Source: Haliotis rufescens
Taxonomy: Eukaryota
NCBI RefSeq assembly: GCF_023055435.1
Contig: NW_025963890.1
Span: 57,288,001-57,352,000 of the forward strand
Length of the DNA: 64,000 nucleotides
Direction of reading: 5' to 3'
The translations under genes and the position numbers were made by a program. Positions within the stretch are counted from its first letter, which is position 1. The number at the start of each line of letters is the position of its first letter. Positions 13,033-25,877 of this stretch are shown one piece after another. Below the pieces are notes generated by a model. That model saw nothing but the letters and a program-made list of their open reading frames with translations. It was not told the DNA's origin and searched no databases.

Positions 13033-13677
13033 ATGAAAGCAGTAGTTTGTGTCCTTTGTGCCTTCGTGGCAGTCACAATCCATGGTAAGTAATGAATATT
13101 TATTAGATTATAATATACTCCTTATATTTATATTTATAAATAGATGACACTTATATCAAATTGTTTGCATGTCTAAAGATATTCCAAGCATATTTCATAG
13201 AATTCAATGTTTCCTTTTGAAGAATAACTGGAAATATGTTCTTTTTCAGCTCAGAACAGTGTCGCCCCCGGAATGACGGCATCTGGCGTCCCCCTCGGTA
13301 ACTCGGTCAACGGTGTTCCTTTCGCATCTGCACAGCATCCGAGCCCGATGCCAGGCGCTCTCTTGTCCCATGCCAGTAATGTCTTCAATAACAACCACCC
13401 GACGGCTGCCACCAACAATCACCACGCCAACAACGCTGCCCAGTCCCCCATGAACTATCTCCCGTTCATGATGGGGGGTGACAACGGGCGCAGGATGGCC
13501 ATGTACAGCATGATGATGAACCCAAGGCAGTCCAACAATATGATGCTCCCTTTCGCCATGATGAACGGCGTCGACAACATGTGGCCCATGATGGCTCTCA
13601 TGAACAATCGCAACCAGAGAGGTGGACAAGGCTTCGACCCCATGACGATGATGTTGCTTGGAGGCGAGATGATGTAA
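13033..13677 (+). CDS. Secreted Met/Asn-rich protein, paralog 2 (159 aa)
   Basis: join(13033..13084, 13250..13677); signal MKAVVCVLCAFVAVTIHA then QNSVAPG...; canonical splice sites; AATAAA at 13818. Confidence 0.92.
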
Positions 13678-14579
13678 ACACGACCCTACGACTGTAATAA
13701 TTTATCCATTTCATGTCACCTATTTATTGAAGAATGGACGTCCCAACTATTTCCGACCCCTGATTCATATATTGTATTTCAATTTCAAAAATGTTGCTGT
13801 ATGAACATTCTCACTAAAATAAAGAGATTGCATCAATATGAAATTAATTGTTTTATGTGAATGGACTTTGAGACAGATCTATTCAAAGATAGCATTTTAT
13901 CTTCGAGTACGGCACTGTTTCTACATATTAAGCAATAAAGATGCATTCATATTATTAAAGGCCCCTTCACTCAAAACGCCATCGCCAGAGAATATTTATG
14001 AAGATATTCTCGATTATCAGCCAAACAGATTCCATTAGGCGTAAACAGGCAGGTAGACAGACAGACAGACAGACAGCTTATTCAGTAATTTAGGCATCAA
14101 GGCCCATAGTACAATGCAGATTGGATATTAACATTTGTCACGTGAGGTACATGATAAGATTATTATTATAAAGACACGTTTTAAAATACAGAAACAAAAT
14201 AGATCATATCAGGATTTTAGCAGATTTTTAATTAACTGACGGTCTTTAAAAATACATTAGACGTAAAAGGGAAAATAGTAATGAAATGTATATGAATTGA
14301 TCACTGAAAATCAGTGATGACACCAGGTGTATGTGAAGAGGGTATAAGCGTACCATTTTTTTCGTAGACCAAGAGGTATAAAAGAAGGGAAAAGCTCATG
14401 GTACCTTTCCCAGCTGCGGTAAAGTAGCGGTCAGTTTTTAAAAAATCAATAAAAAACAACCTTTATATCCATATGGCATACATAACATTCGCGGATGTTC
14501 AAAGTGGTGCACAGCACTGCTATCCAAATTAATTATTTGCTTTGTTGTTAATAGAGCTATAGTAGGGCTGAGTTAGAAA

Positions 14580-14728
14580 GTGAGTGAGTGATGTGTGTTT
14601 TACGCCGTTTTTAGCAATATTCCAGCAATATCATAACAGGGGACTCCAGGATATTTCACAGGTTGCACGCATGTGGGGAATCGAACCAATGTCTTCGGCG
14701 TGACAAACGCTTTAACCACTACCCCACA
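14580..14728 (-). mobile_element. SINE family A (duplicate of the 5664 copy)
   Basis: Same sequence and flanks as 5664-5810. Confidence 0.85.
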
Positions 14729-15362
14729 TTCCCTGATATAGTAGGAGAACATCCTGACACTATGGTAGTTATTTAGCTCCGGTATGATGTATTTGGCAAA
14801 AGGCAGAAAATGTTTTATTAAACTTTTATCACAAGACTAGGGCCTCTTCTACCAAGCGATATTATACCTTAAAATCGACTTTCGACAGTCTTAGCGTTGA
14901 AGTAACTTACTGGAACGTGACTCTGGAGCTCGTCTGCAAAAACAATATTAGCTCTTGTGCAGCCTGACCTTATGTGTGACGAGATAAAGGACCGACCTTT
15001 TTTAGTGGGTATGAGTAACCAGAACACCTTACCCTACACATCGTTTAAGATCATGTATCAGCACTATTTTCTTATGTTTGCGCTCCAGTAGCTTCAAATT
15101 TCAGGTAGCTCGAAACATGCTTGATTGTCCCAATGCTTTGTAACTGTTGATCTTGTGCAAAATTTTAGGCTTATATAGCCAATATAAACAGCCGTATGTT
15201 GTGTTGGTAAACCAACACGAACACAAGGATTATTTCTAGTACAGTGTCATGTGACAGGTACCTCCGTCTATCCTTGTGACGGGCACCTGTCTGGGTACCT
15301 CTATGACGGGTATATCACTGTAAATCTATGACTTGTGTCTCTGTGTTTCTTTGTTACTTTTT

Positions 15363-16540
15363 TCTACCTTCTATATCTAGATAGGACAGCCTACATATCT
15401 ACCTCCTATTTCTATTTAGGTCAGCTTATATTTCTACTTTCTATATCTAGCAAGGACACTTACATTTCTACCTCCAAAATCTAGTTAGGCCCCCCTACAT
15501 GTCTATCTTCTACCTCTAGTTAGGTCCGCCTACATTTCTACCTTCTATATCTAGTTAGGTCCACCTACATTTCTATCTTCTATATCTAGTTAGGTCCACC
15601 TACATTTCTACCTCCTATATCTAGTTAGGTCCGCCTACATTTCTACCTCCCATATCTAGTTAGGTCGACCTACATTTCTACCTCCTATATAGAGTTAGGT
15701 CCACCTACATTTCTACCCCCTATATCTAGTTAGGTCCACCTACATTTCTATCTTCTATACCTAGTTAGGCCCACCTACCTTTCTACCCCCTATATCTAGT
15801 TACGTCCCCTGCATTTCTACCTCCTATATCTAGTTAGGTCTGTCTACATTTCTATCTTCTATATCTAGTAAGGTCCGCCTACATTTCTACTTTCTATATC
15901 TAGGAAGGAGACTTACATTTCTACCTCCAATATCTAGTTAGGCCCCCCTACATGTCTATCTTCTACCTCTAGTTAGGTCCGCCTACATTTCTACCTTCTA
16001 TATCTAGTTAGGTCCGCCTACATTTCTACCTCCCATATCTAGTTAGGTCTACCTTCATTTCTACCTCCTATATCTAGTTAGGTCCGCCGACATTTCTACC
16101 CCCTATATCTAGTTAGGTCAACCTACATTTCTACTTCCTATATATAGTTAGGTCTACCTTCATTTCTACCTCCTATATCTAGTTAGGTCCGCCTACATTT
16201 CTATCTTCTATATCTACTTAGGTCAACCTACATTTCTACTTCCTATATATAGTTAGGTCCACCTTCATTTCTACCGCCTATATGTAGTTAGGTCCACCTA
16301 CATTTCTATCTTCTATATCTACTTAGGTCAACCTACATTTCTACTTCCTATATATAGTTAGGTCCACCTTCATTTCTACCGCCTATATGTAGTTAGGTCC
16401 ACCTACATTTCTACCTCCTATATCTAGTTAGGTCAACCTACATTTCTACCCCCTATATATAGTTAGGTCCACCTTCATTTCTACCGCCTATATGTAGTTA
16501 GGTCCACCTACATTTCTACCTCCTATATCTAGTTAGGTCC
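15363..16540. repeat. 35-bp minisatellite, unit A2 copy
   Basis: Same unit as 6445-7700 with a different order of variants. Confidence 0.95.
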
Positions 16541-17944
16541 AAACAGCAAACTTGGCGGTCACTAAACACATGGTCGTTAGTGCCAAGATGACGCAGCCCT
16601 GTCATATCAACTAAATGCGATGTCAAAAAGACCTTGCTCAACTACGTGAAATTGGTTTCGTTGTTCATTTGTCATTAACTTGTCTTTTCAAGTGTCCGAA
16701 GTACTGTTGATATATACAATACAAGTATTTGACTTGAGTGGGTTAAATTGATATATATTATCAATTGCTTCAGAGTTTACATGTTATTCTTAGAAGATCA
16801 TTGGCGCCGACTGTACTTTATTCTGAAATAAATTACACTTTTTGAGTTACATCATAATTTGTTAACGTCACGACGCTGTTCAAATTACAGTGCACTAACG
16901 TATCCTTGGCAACAACATTCTTTCAGTCAAGCAAAACGAAGCATCCACATAAATTTTCGGTGAAATAGTTTCTTCTTTAAACTTGTCGAAAATTTGAATA
17001 TTATTACCTGGGAAGAAACATGGCAAGATGATGTCAACTATCTCTCATGCCGCAGGCTTATCCTAACCATTTTTAAACCACTGTGTACATACCACATAAG
17101 TCACAAAATTTCCGAAGGGGCGTTGGTGTTCTATGAATTATGTCCGTCTCTGGACACAAGCATGAACAATCCATGAAACGTTTCATAACGACATGTACAA
17201 CTGCTGCTCAGCGAACGGCATTTAGCATTATACTGCAGTCAATCAAAACGGCCGTGTTGCTCTTACCCTGCCATGTTAATCCCACGGCGATGCCACATCA
17301 CGCCCCAGGCCGTCGATTAACGTCGGTTACGGTATCATGCAGCGCAAACAACTCCGAAAGAACGTTATTTCATAGATTGCACTTGCTGCAGTCTGCTAAC
17401 AGTAGTAGTAGAAACAAAGTTGCAACTTGTACGACAGAAAACACCCGAACTCACAATAACTAGCGACACCGAACTTCGGCTATGTTTCCATGCGTTAGAA
17501 TGAACTTGTGGAATGTTTTAGTCACGTTATTGAATTGAAATAAATTTATATAAACCAACTTACTTTTATATCCTACATATCTTTGCATGGGAGTATGGAT
17601 AACAACACACGAAGCTGATAATAAAATGTGACCTATTTAAAAAATAAACTACCCATCAATACGTGGACGAGCCCGCCAGTTAGCCTGTTCGAGGATTCTC
17701 AATTTACCTCACAGGGTATTACAGATTTCATTCCACCCAGCTCCAAAAAAGCACAGTTAGTCTTAATATTCGGCATCTTAGAAAAGTAATAAAGTATGCC
17801 CTACCTCCTTGTTCTCTGCTTTCTTACGCTGTACATGAAGGTAGAGCAAACTTTATTTCTCAAATATCATCGACAAATCACTTTCCACAAACCTTAGAAA
17901 AATCTGCTAAAAACTATGTCCATTGTACATTTCTGACTCTATCA

Positions 17945-20910
17945 TATGCATGATTTTTATACATCAGTTTCAATATGGTGCTTTACATATGTTGGTCACA
18001 ATGGTACCAGTATAATTGACTATTTTAATTTGTTGCTTCCTTTAACGTTTTCCAAAATATTACCGATATGACTGTACACAGTAGAACGGAATCTGATCAT
18101 TTACCAATGTTATGCAAGCTTCTTCACGCTTTTACATTTAGTGAGAATAAGATAGAACATACTTGTGATACAAGGAAAAAAGTTAATATCCCAAGATTTA
18201 TTTGGGCAAGCAATTAAGCTCAAACTTTTATTGACAACTTTTCTACGCCTCAAGCAACAGGGATTATCGAAAGTTTGTTTTTTTAAGTTGTGTTTATAAG
18301 GAACTTATATAATTAAAAAACCTTTGACTTAAATCAAATCATGTACATCACGTGACAAATGTTAATATCCAATCTGCATTGTACTATGGGCCTTGATGCC
18401 TAAATTACTGAATAAACTGTCTGTTTGTCTGTTAATTCCGCAGCAGTAAAGGCATGTAAAGCTTTAGGAATTTACAGGTGCACATCTTCGAAAAGCGCCC
18501 AAACTACCATGTTCAAAGTCTAAATCACAACTCGAATTGTTTGATCATGATTGTCAAGTAAAAAAAGATGACGTACAGGCGTGCCCATAAAAGTTGTTTT
18601 TGAAAAAAATTGCAAATTATTTTAGCGAAATATTAAAGCCATCACTCAGTAAAAATGAAAATGACTTTTCTATGTCCCTTAACAGCTGGTATTCATATTT
18701 TGAGAAGTTATCAAATACTCAGTGTTTAGTATGTAGTGAATTTGATAAAAACAAAAGTAGCGGAATTTTTAAGAGACCATGATTTAGACACTTGTGTTGA
18801 GTGCAACAATGAATTATTGTCAGGGGAAATTACATTAATTGAAGTAGTTGTAAATTCTTTAAATGGTTTGTCTCCCTTACATGAGAATATAATGCTATTA
18901 TGGATAAGGGTATATTCCCGGATGATTGAAATGTTGAAGTAATGATACTTTCATTTAAAAAGGAAATAGGAGTGATCTAAACAATTACAGGGGAAAATCT
19001 TTACTTCATATGACGGGAAAATATTTTAAATCAATAATTGAGTCGAGACTGCGATATTGGTCAGAATTAAATAAATTGATAGTCGAGCCCCAAGTTGGGT
19101 TTAGAATGGAATTTTCAACGATATATAATATCTTTGTCTTGCATTCACTTGCTCTGAAATATCTACGTAAGCCTAAACATCATTTTTATGCAGCATATAT
19201 TGACTTCCGTAAAGCCTTTGATAAAGTTGATAGGAATAAGTTGTTATATATGTTATTACTGAAGGGTATTCATGGCAAAATGTATAATGTCTTAGAAAGC
19301 ATGTACATAAATGCGTGTGCTTGTGTTTGTTTAGGAAACAGATATTTTTTCAACGCCATGCGGTGTTAGACAAGGCTGTGTGCTTAGTCCTGTACTTTTC
19401 ATATATTGTTTTCATTAACCAGTTGGCTACTGATGTGGTGGAAAGTGAAACGAATGGTGTCTTTGTAAATGACATGATTGAGGCCATCAAGATATAGTTG
19501 TTTGAAGTCAGATTCCGCTGTTGACATATATAATTAAGCCATTAGCATTAGAATGTTCCAGAAGTGGAATATAGAGGTAAATTAAAAAAAAAAAACATAT
19601 GTAAAAAAGGCGGTTATGTTAACCGTGTAGAAAAATAGTTTTATGGCAATGAATGAATGAACATAGTATCTTATTGTGAATGTCTAGTATTAGTATGATT
19701 AGTATGGTCAAAGCTTGTTTGACATAAGCTGTACAGGCGAAGAAAGCATGTTTTCAAATATATAATCTTATCAGGAATTGTTTCTACTTTTGATGCAAAC
19801 TCCTTCCGCATGCTATCGCAGTTAGATCTGGGGATACACTTGTAAGGAAAGTGTTGAAAAAATATACTGATTTTTTCAAAAGATTCGTTTTACTTTGTAA
19901 ACGCACATCAACCAATGTTGTTCTTCGGGAAGTGGGGGTATATTCATTGTGTGTTAGGTATTTCTGTCGATGTATAAAGTATTGGTGAGGTTGGTGCGTG
20001 TCCTCGAACTTGCTATGACATGCTAAAAGTACATGTATATGTGGATAATAGAGAAGTAAACTGGGCGTCACATGTTAAAATGTTGTTATTCCAAACATAA
20101 TTCTCATACGTCTGGGTATCCTAGGTATTTGGGGATGAATGTTATTATGAGTAGCAGATGCATTGATATTCAAATTCAAACTTGGAACCAAAAGATTTAT
20201 ACTTCTGTATTTCTTTAACATTATTGATCGCATTAAACATTACTCGAACCTGAATTATAAATAACATCAAATTTTGATAAATATCTTATGATAATACAAG
20301 CTAAATTTTGATGTCTGTAACATGGTTTGAAAGTTTTAAACGTAACGCTACCGAAAAACAGTGTATGATTCAAGACGCCTAATTTGTGATAAAGGTAACT
20401 TGATGGAGATCGAAGAAGAATATCATTTTTTGCTAGTGTGTCCCTACTACAGGTCAAGCAGAAATGTGTAGCTACAGATATACTATCATAGTTATCCATC
20501 AAGAGAGAAGCTTATAGATTTGATGTCAACTAGAAATAGAAAAGTTTTGAAAGGTTTAGCCATTTTCATTAAAATATTTAATGATATAAATGGAAATTTA
20601 TGTACTTTCATTATATAGATACAGTATCGTAGATTTTCACCAGAGCAGAATCATACGGATTTGTAGCTTGATGTTCACTTATGATATACTCCAAGCGATA
20701 CTCATCAGTGTCAACAAGAGTTTTTAAAAGTCGATTGCAAAATTGATTGATTAATGTTAAGTGACTTCAAGGAATTTCTTGATTGATGTACAATGCTTGA
20801 TGTAAATTTCTATATCACACACCATTGGCAATTTGTACACTGGGCCACTGGGACTCCAACACTGAAATAAATAGACTGTCTGTCTGTCTGTCTGCCTGTC
20901 TGTCTGTCTG
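17945..20910 (+). mobile_element. Decayed APE-RT LINE (RTE-X-like), copy in unit A2
   Basis: RT fragment ORF 19010-19369 gives the same protein as 10131-10490; same (CTGT)n tail. Confidence 0.85.
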
Positions 20911-21411
20911 CGTGTCGGTCAGTGTGATACCTGATGTTAGCGAAATGGTGAGGTTATCTTGCCTCGCCGGTGGCACCCGTAACAAACACATGCAAATACA
21001 AACAGTCTTGACTACGCATGCCAAGTCGTCACATGAACAAACACGGAATCATACCAAGACAAAATTAAATCCTTTCTTTTGTGAAAAAAACAAAACAATT
21101 TCATAAACAAATACTAACGTTGGCGCTATGTAGGATAGTTGAGACGAATATATGCACCATTTCTAATGCAACAGTTTACTCACTTAATTGTCTATTTCGA
21201 CGATAACTTAACAGTGTTGATTCAAGTATTCATAACAAATTACAAGAACTGGCAGCCCGGACGTGGAACGACTTAATGTTACTCCACAGGAAGTTATTAT
21301 TTAGAACTGCTGTGTAGATTTAGACTGATGCATGCAACATATCATTAGGGTATACGACTGGACATATGTGATACAATGTAGCTATAGACATGGTCACTTT
21401 ACGGGCATAAA

Positions 21412-21605
21412 ACAAGAATTATGTGATAACCAAGTCATGAAGACATGGTCACTTGACAACTTACAACATGTACATCATGTAGACGGGTAATGTATTGCTG
21501 ACAGGAAACCACGACCCACTGCAACACCAGCGGATATAAAAGGCCAAGTGCTGGACATTCAGCACATCATCCCTGGCTTGAGTTCTTGTTCAGAAGCAGC
21601 ACAAG
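21412..21605 (+). promoter_or_regulatory. Promoter and non-coding exon 1 of paralog 3
   Basis: TATAAAA at 21535-21541; donor at 21605/21606. Confidence 0.8.
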
Positions 21606-21909
21606 GTAAGGAAACGTCAACTATTTGTATCTTATATAGCTTCAGAATAAAGTAATCCTAACCAAATATAATCTTTAAGTGTTTGAGTTGCTATCGCAAT
21701 AATAATAGTAACAAATTCATACAGTGAGTTAATTTGTTTTACACCAATGTGAACAGTATTTTAGTTTTCGCGTCCTCTTATTGTAGGAGGAAAGCCCTTC
21801 ACGTTACCCGTCTTTTGTAACGGTAATGGCAGTGAAGTAACCAAACTATTACTGATCTGGTTACAATTTCCTATTTATATCATTTTTTCTCCCACAGAAA
21901 AGACGAATT

Positions 21910-22554
21910 ATGAAAGCAGTAGTTTGTGTCCTTTGTGCCTTCGTGGCAGTCACAATCCATGGTAAGTAATGAATATTTATTAGATTATAATATACTCCTT
22001 ATATTTATATTTATAAATAGATGACACTTATATCAAATTGTTTGCATGTCTAAAGATATTCCAAGCATATTTCATAGAATTCAATGTTTCCTTTTGAAGA
22101 ATAACTGGAAATATGTTCTTTTTCAGCTCAGAACAGTGTCGCCCCCGGAATGACGGCATCTGGCGTCCCCCTCGATAACTCGGTCAACGGTGTTCCTTTC
22201 GCATCTGCACAGCATCCGAGCCCGATGCCAGGCGCTCTCTTGTCCCATGCCAGTAATGTCTTCAATAACAACCACCCGACGGCTGCCACCAACAATCACC
22301 ACGCCAACAACGCTGCCCAGTCCCCCATGAACTTTCTCCCGTTCATGATGGGGGGTGACAACGGGCGCAGGATGGCCATGTACAGCATGATGATGAACCC
22401 AAGGCAGTCCAACAATATGATGCTCCCTTTCGCCATGATGAACGGCGTCGACAACATGTGGCCCATGATGGCTCTCATGAACAATCGCAACCAGAGAGGT
22501 GGACAAGGCTTCGACCCCATGACGATGATGTTTCTTGGAGGCGAGATGATGTAA
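21910..22554 (+). CDS. Secreted Met/Asn-rich protein, paralog 3 (159 aa)
   Basis: join(21910..21961, 22127..22554); signal exon identical to paralog 2; AATAAA at 22671. Confidence 0.92.
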
Positions 22555-22922
22555 ACACGACCCTACGACTGTAATAATTTATCCATTCATGTGACCTGAT
22601 GATGTATTTATTGAACTCACAACCCAACAATTACCGACCCCTGATGATATGGATTTTTTATAGATTGATCAATAAAAGTGCATTGATAAAGTAAATAATG
22701 TTCTCCTTTTTCAATTGAAACACATTTATTCACAAGAAGTGAACGAGATTTGGGGGGGGGGGGGAGACAAAATGGAGAGAGAGAGAGAGAGTTTGAAGGG
22801 GAGAGATGCATTGTTGAATGAACAGTTCTTTTCACTTATCGTTTAGTTGTACATATATAATGTTGTATTGCCTTAAAATATCTATTTGTACCATTTTATT
22901 TTATAGAAAGAAGTTGTTATAT

Positions 22923-23092
22923 TTGGAAGCGTGATGATGTAAACACGACCTATGACCGTATCAAAATATCACTTAAACGTCACTTATTACTGATTCTTCA
23001 ACCGGTTTGCCATAGCTTACCGACAACTGAAAACGTTCTCCTTCGATCAACGAAGTAATAAAATGCCTTGAAATAATAAAAACCTCTTTGTA
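22923..23092 (+). pseudogene. Relic of the last codons and 3' UTR of a further paralog
   Basis: TTGGAAGCGTGATGATGTAAACACGACC resembles the ...GSEMM* gene end; it is followed by a diverged UTR with AATAAA resembling those of paralogs 5 and 6. Confidence 0.7.
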
Positions 23093-23097
23093 CAACG

Positions 23098-23686
23098 TGT
23101 GTACCTCCATGGCGGATTTATCTGTGTACCTCTATCACGGGTACCCCTGTGTACCTCTATGACGGTTACCTCTGTATACCTCTATGACGGATTTATCTGT
23201 GTAACTCTATGACGGGTACCTCTGTGTACCTCTATGGCGGGTACCTCTGTGTACCTCTATGAGAGTTACCTCTGTGTATCTCTATGACGGGTACCTCTGT
23301 GTACCTCTATGGCGGGTACCTCCGTGTACCTCTATGACGGGTACCTCTGTGTACCTCTATGACGGGTACCTCTGTGTACCTCTATGGCGGGTACCTCTGT
23401 GTACCTCTATGAGGGTTACCTCTGTGTATCTCTATGACGGGTACCTCTGTGTACCTCTATGACGGTTACGTCTGTGTACCTCTATGACGGGTTCCTGTGT
23501 GTACCTCTATGACGGGTACCTCTGTGTATCTCTATGACGGTTGACTGTGTATCTCTATGACGGTTGACTCTGTGTACCTCTATGACGGTTACCTCTGTGT
23601 ATCTCTTTGACAGGTACCTGTGTGTACCTCTATGACGGGTACCTGTGTGTACCTCTAGACGGTTACCTCTGTGTACCTCTATGACG
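23098..23686. repeat. 25-bp minisatellite, about 23 copies
   Basis: Unit TCTGTGTACCTCTATGACGGGTACC. Confidence 0.95.
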
Positions 23687-23959
23687 TTTCCACATTAAAC
23701 GTGTTAACCTAGTAGTGTAAATACATAATAAAACACCATGGCTTATGCCCTTTGCAATGTGACGTCTTAGGAACTCTTGGGTTAGTTCCTTTGTGATAAT
23801 ACTACTCATAAACATGGGTCACTAAAATAATCATACAAAAGAAAGAACAAAAATGACACAATCGAATTTACAATTCCCAAATATAACAAACATGCACAAA
23901 TGAACCCCATCTCCACACTGAATATGGGTTACGTATTCTTCTTAGTCATTTCTAACGAT

Positions 23960-24540
23960 TGCTTTGATCTAGCCTACATTACTATTTACAAATGCTAGCA
24001 TATGCTAGCATTAATCCTCCGGCTCTACAGATGTATCGCCTATTCTGAGAGAAGCATACAGTTATACTATCTACATCTTGTGAGAGAAGCTTACATTACT
24101 ACATTCTATATATGGATAGGTCAGTTTACAATTCTACTTCGTTATATCTTGTTAAGGCAACTTACATTTCTACTTTCCATATCTAGTTTGGTCAGCCTAC
24201 ATTTTAACTTTTTTTAAATATCTCGTTAGGTTAGCTTTATTTCTACCTTCTATACCTAGTTAAGATAGCCTACGTTGCTATATCTCATATCTAGTTAGGA
24301 CAGCCTATGTTTGTTCCTTCTATATCTAGTATAGACAGCCGACATTGTTACCTTTCATATCACGTTAAGGCAGTCCACAGTGATATCTAATCAGGACAGT
24401 CTACATTTCTACCTTGTATATCTAGTTAGAGCAGCCTATGTTTCTACCTTCTAAATCTAGTTAGGACAGCCTACAACTCTAGCATCTGTATCACAGCTCA
24501 CAGTTCTACCTTCTATATCAGTCTTGGCAGTTTATATTTT
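23960..24540. repeat. Old, degenerate array of the 35-bp minisatellite
   Basis: Recurring CTACATTTCTACCTTCTATATCTAGTTAGGACAGC-like units. Confidence 0.75.
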
Positions 24541-24830
24541 TTTGGAATATATTGATTTTGAAAAATACTTTAGTGACAGTAAATCAGGATAAGTTTACGT
24601 TAAATAAAATAACAACAAAAGAAATGTTAAATGTACAACAATATTGAAATGTCGGTGACATTTTGACCCTGAAGGGAATTCCTATTTCATATTGAAATTA
24701 TATATATAAAGTATTTTTCAAAATCAATATATTCCAAACAGTCGACACTGATTACACTAACAAGATATAGGAGGAAGAAGTATAAACTGCCTAGACTGAT
24801 ATAGAAGGTAGAACTGTGAGCTGTGATACA
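24487..24830. repeat. Fold-back inverted duplication
   Basis: 24487-24539 is a near-perfect reverse complement of 24778-24830, and 24541-24572 is the reverse complement of 24707-24738. Confidence 0.9.
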
Positions 24831-25877
24831 TATTGTTTTATATAAAATGGCAAAGCTGTTTTACTAGCTAATATTACAAATTTGTCCTAGCTTGTTATAT
24901 GTTGAAGAGAAAGAGTTCCGTACCAGCACTGAATGGAAAACGTTAAAAACTTGAAAAAACAACCATAAAGTCAATATACTTTTGATAACATTAAAGGATC
25001 TTAATGTAAGCATGACATGTAATCTCTGTTGACATTTCTTAAAGATGTTATCAGTATTGACATATTAATTTAGCGTATTGTTTGCCGATGGCGTATTACT
25101 GTGCGGCGTTAGGCAACAAACACTTACCTTTGTTAGGAAATTGTGTGGGGCTACCAGTAGAGAAGGACATGCTTACCCTTTTCGTGAACACCTGGTGTCA
25201 TCACCGATTTTCAGTAATCCTTTCATATGATTTTTAGCACTACTTTGCCTTTTACGCCAAAAGGAATCAAATTCGGGAGATATTCAAGACGCATTGGTCT
25301 CTGGCGTTGACGTTTTAAATTTACAAATGTATCTTTAAGCTTATATTCTGAAACAACATCCACCGGCTTGATATTATGTCCCAATCTATGTCTAAAATCA
25401 AGTTTTTGAAGTCACTTATTTCTTCTCTGTGATGAAATCCATTGTCTCGTATGAGACGAATTAATCAATGCTGCGTCGACAGCAAACTTGGCAGTCACGA
25501 AATACGACTGATGGCTTACACAGTCATAATGTAGAAATGACGCAACCCTGCCATATTAACTGAATATGATGTCAAAACGCCCTTACTCAACTACGTGGAA
25601 TGGGTTTCGATCTTCATATGTAACCTTCTTACCTGCTGAAGTGTCCGAAGTACTGTTGATATATACAAGACACATATTTGACTTTTAATGAGTGAGCGTG
25701 TTAAATTAATATACATTATCAGTTGTTTTAGTGTTTATTATATTAGATATATACATATGATAAGTAAAAGCGACAAACCACTTTCCATAAACATAAAAAA
25801 AATATTTGCTGAAAGCATTGTCCATTGTACCGTTGTGACTATATATGATAAGCATAATATTTATGGATCACTATCAA

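Larger units (their letters stand above)
4417..13332. repeat. Segmental tandem duplication unit A1 (~8.9 kb)
   Basis: Collinear with 13333-22590; offset is 8916 at the stop codons and 8877 in the distal part. Confidence 0.95.
13333..22590. repeat. Segmental tandem duplication unit A2
   Basis: Collinear copy of 4417-13700; the 3' flanks diverge after ~22590. Confidence 0.95.
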
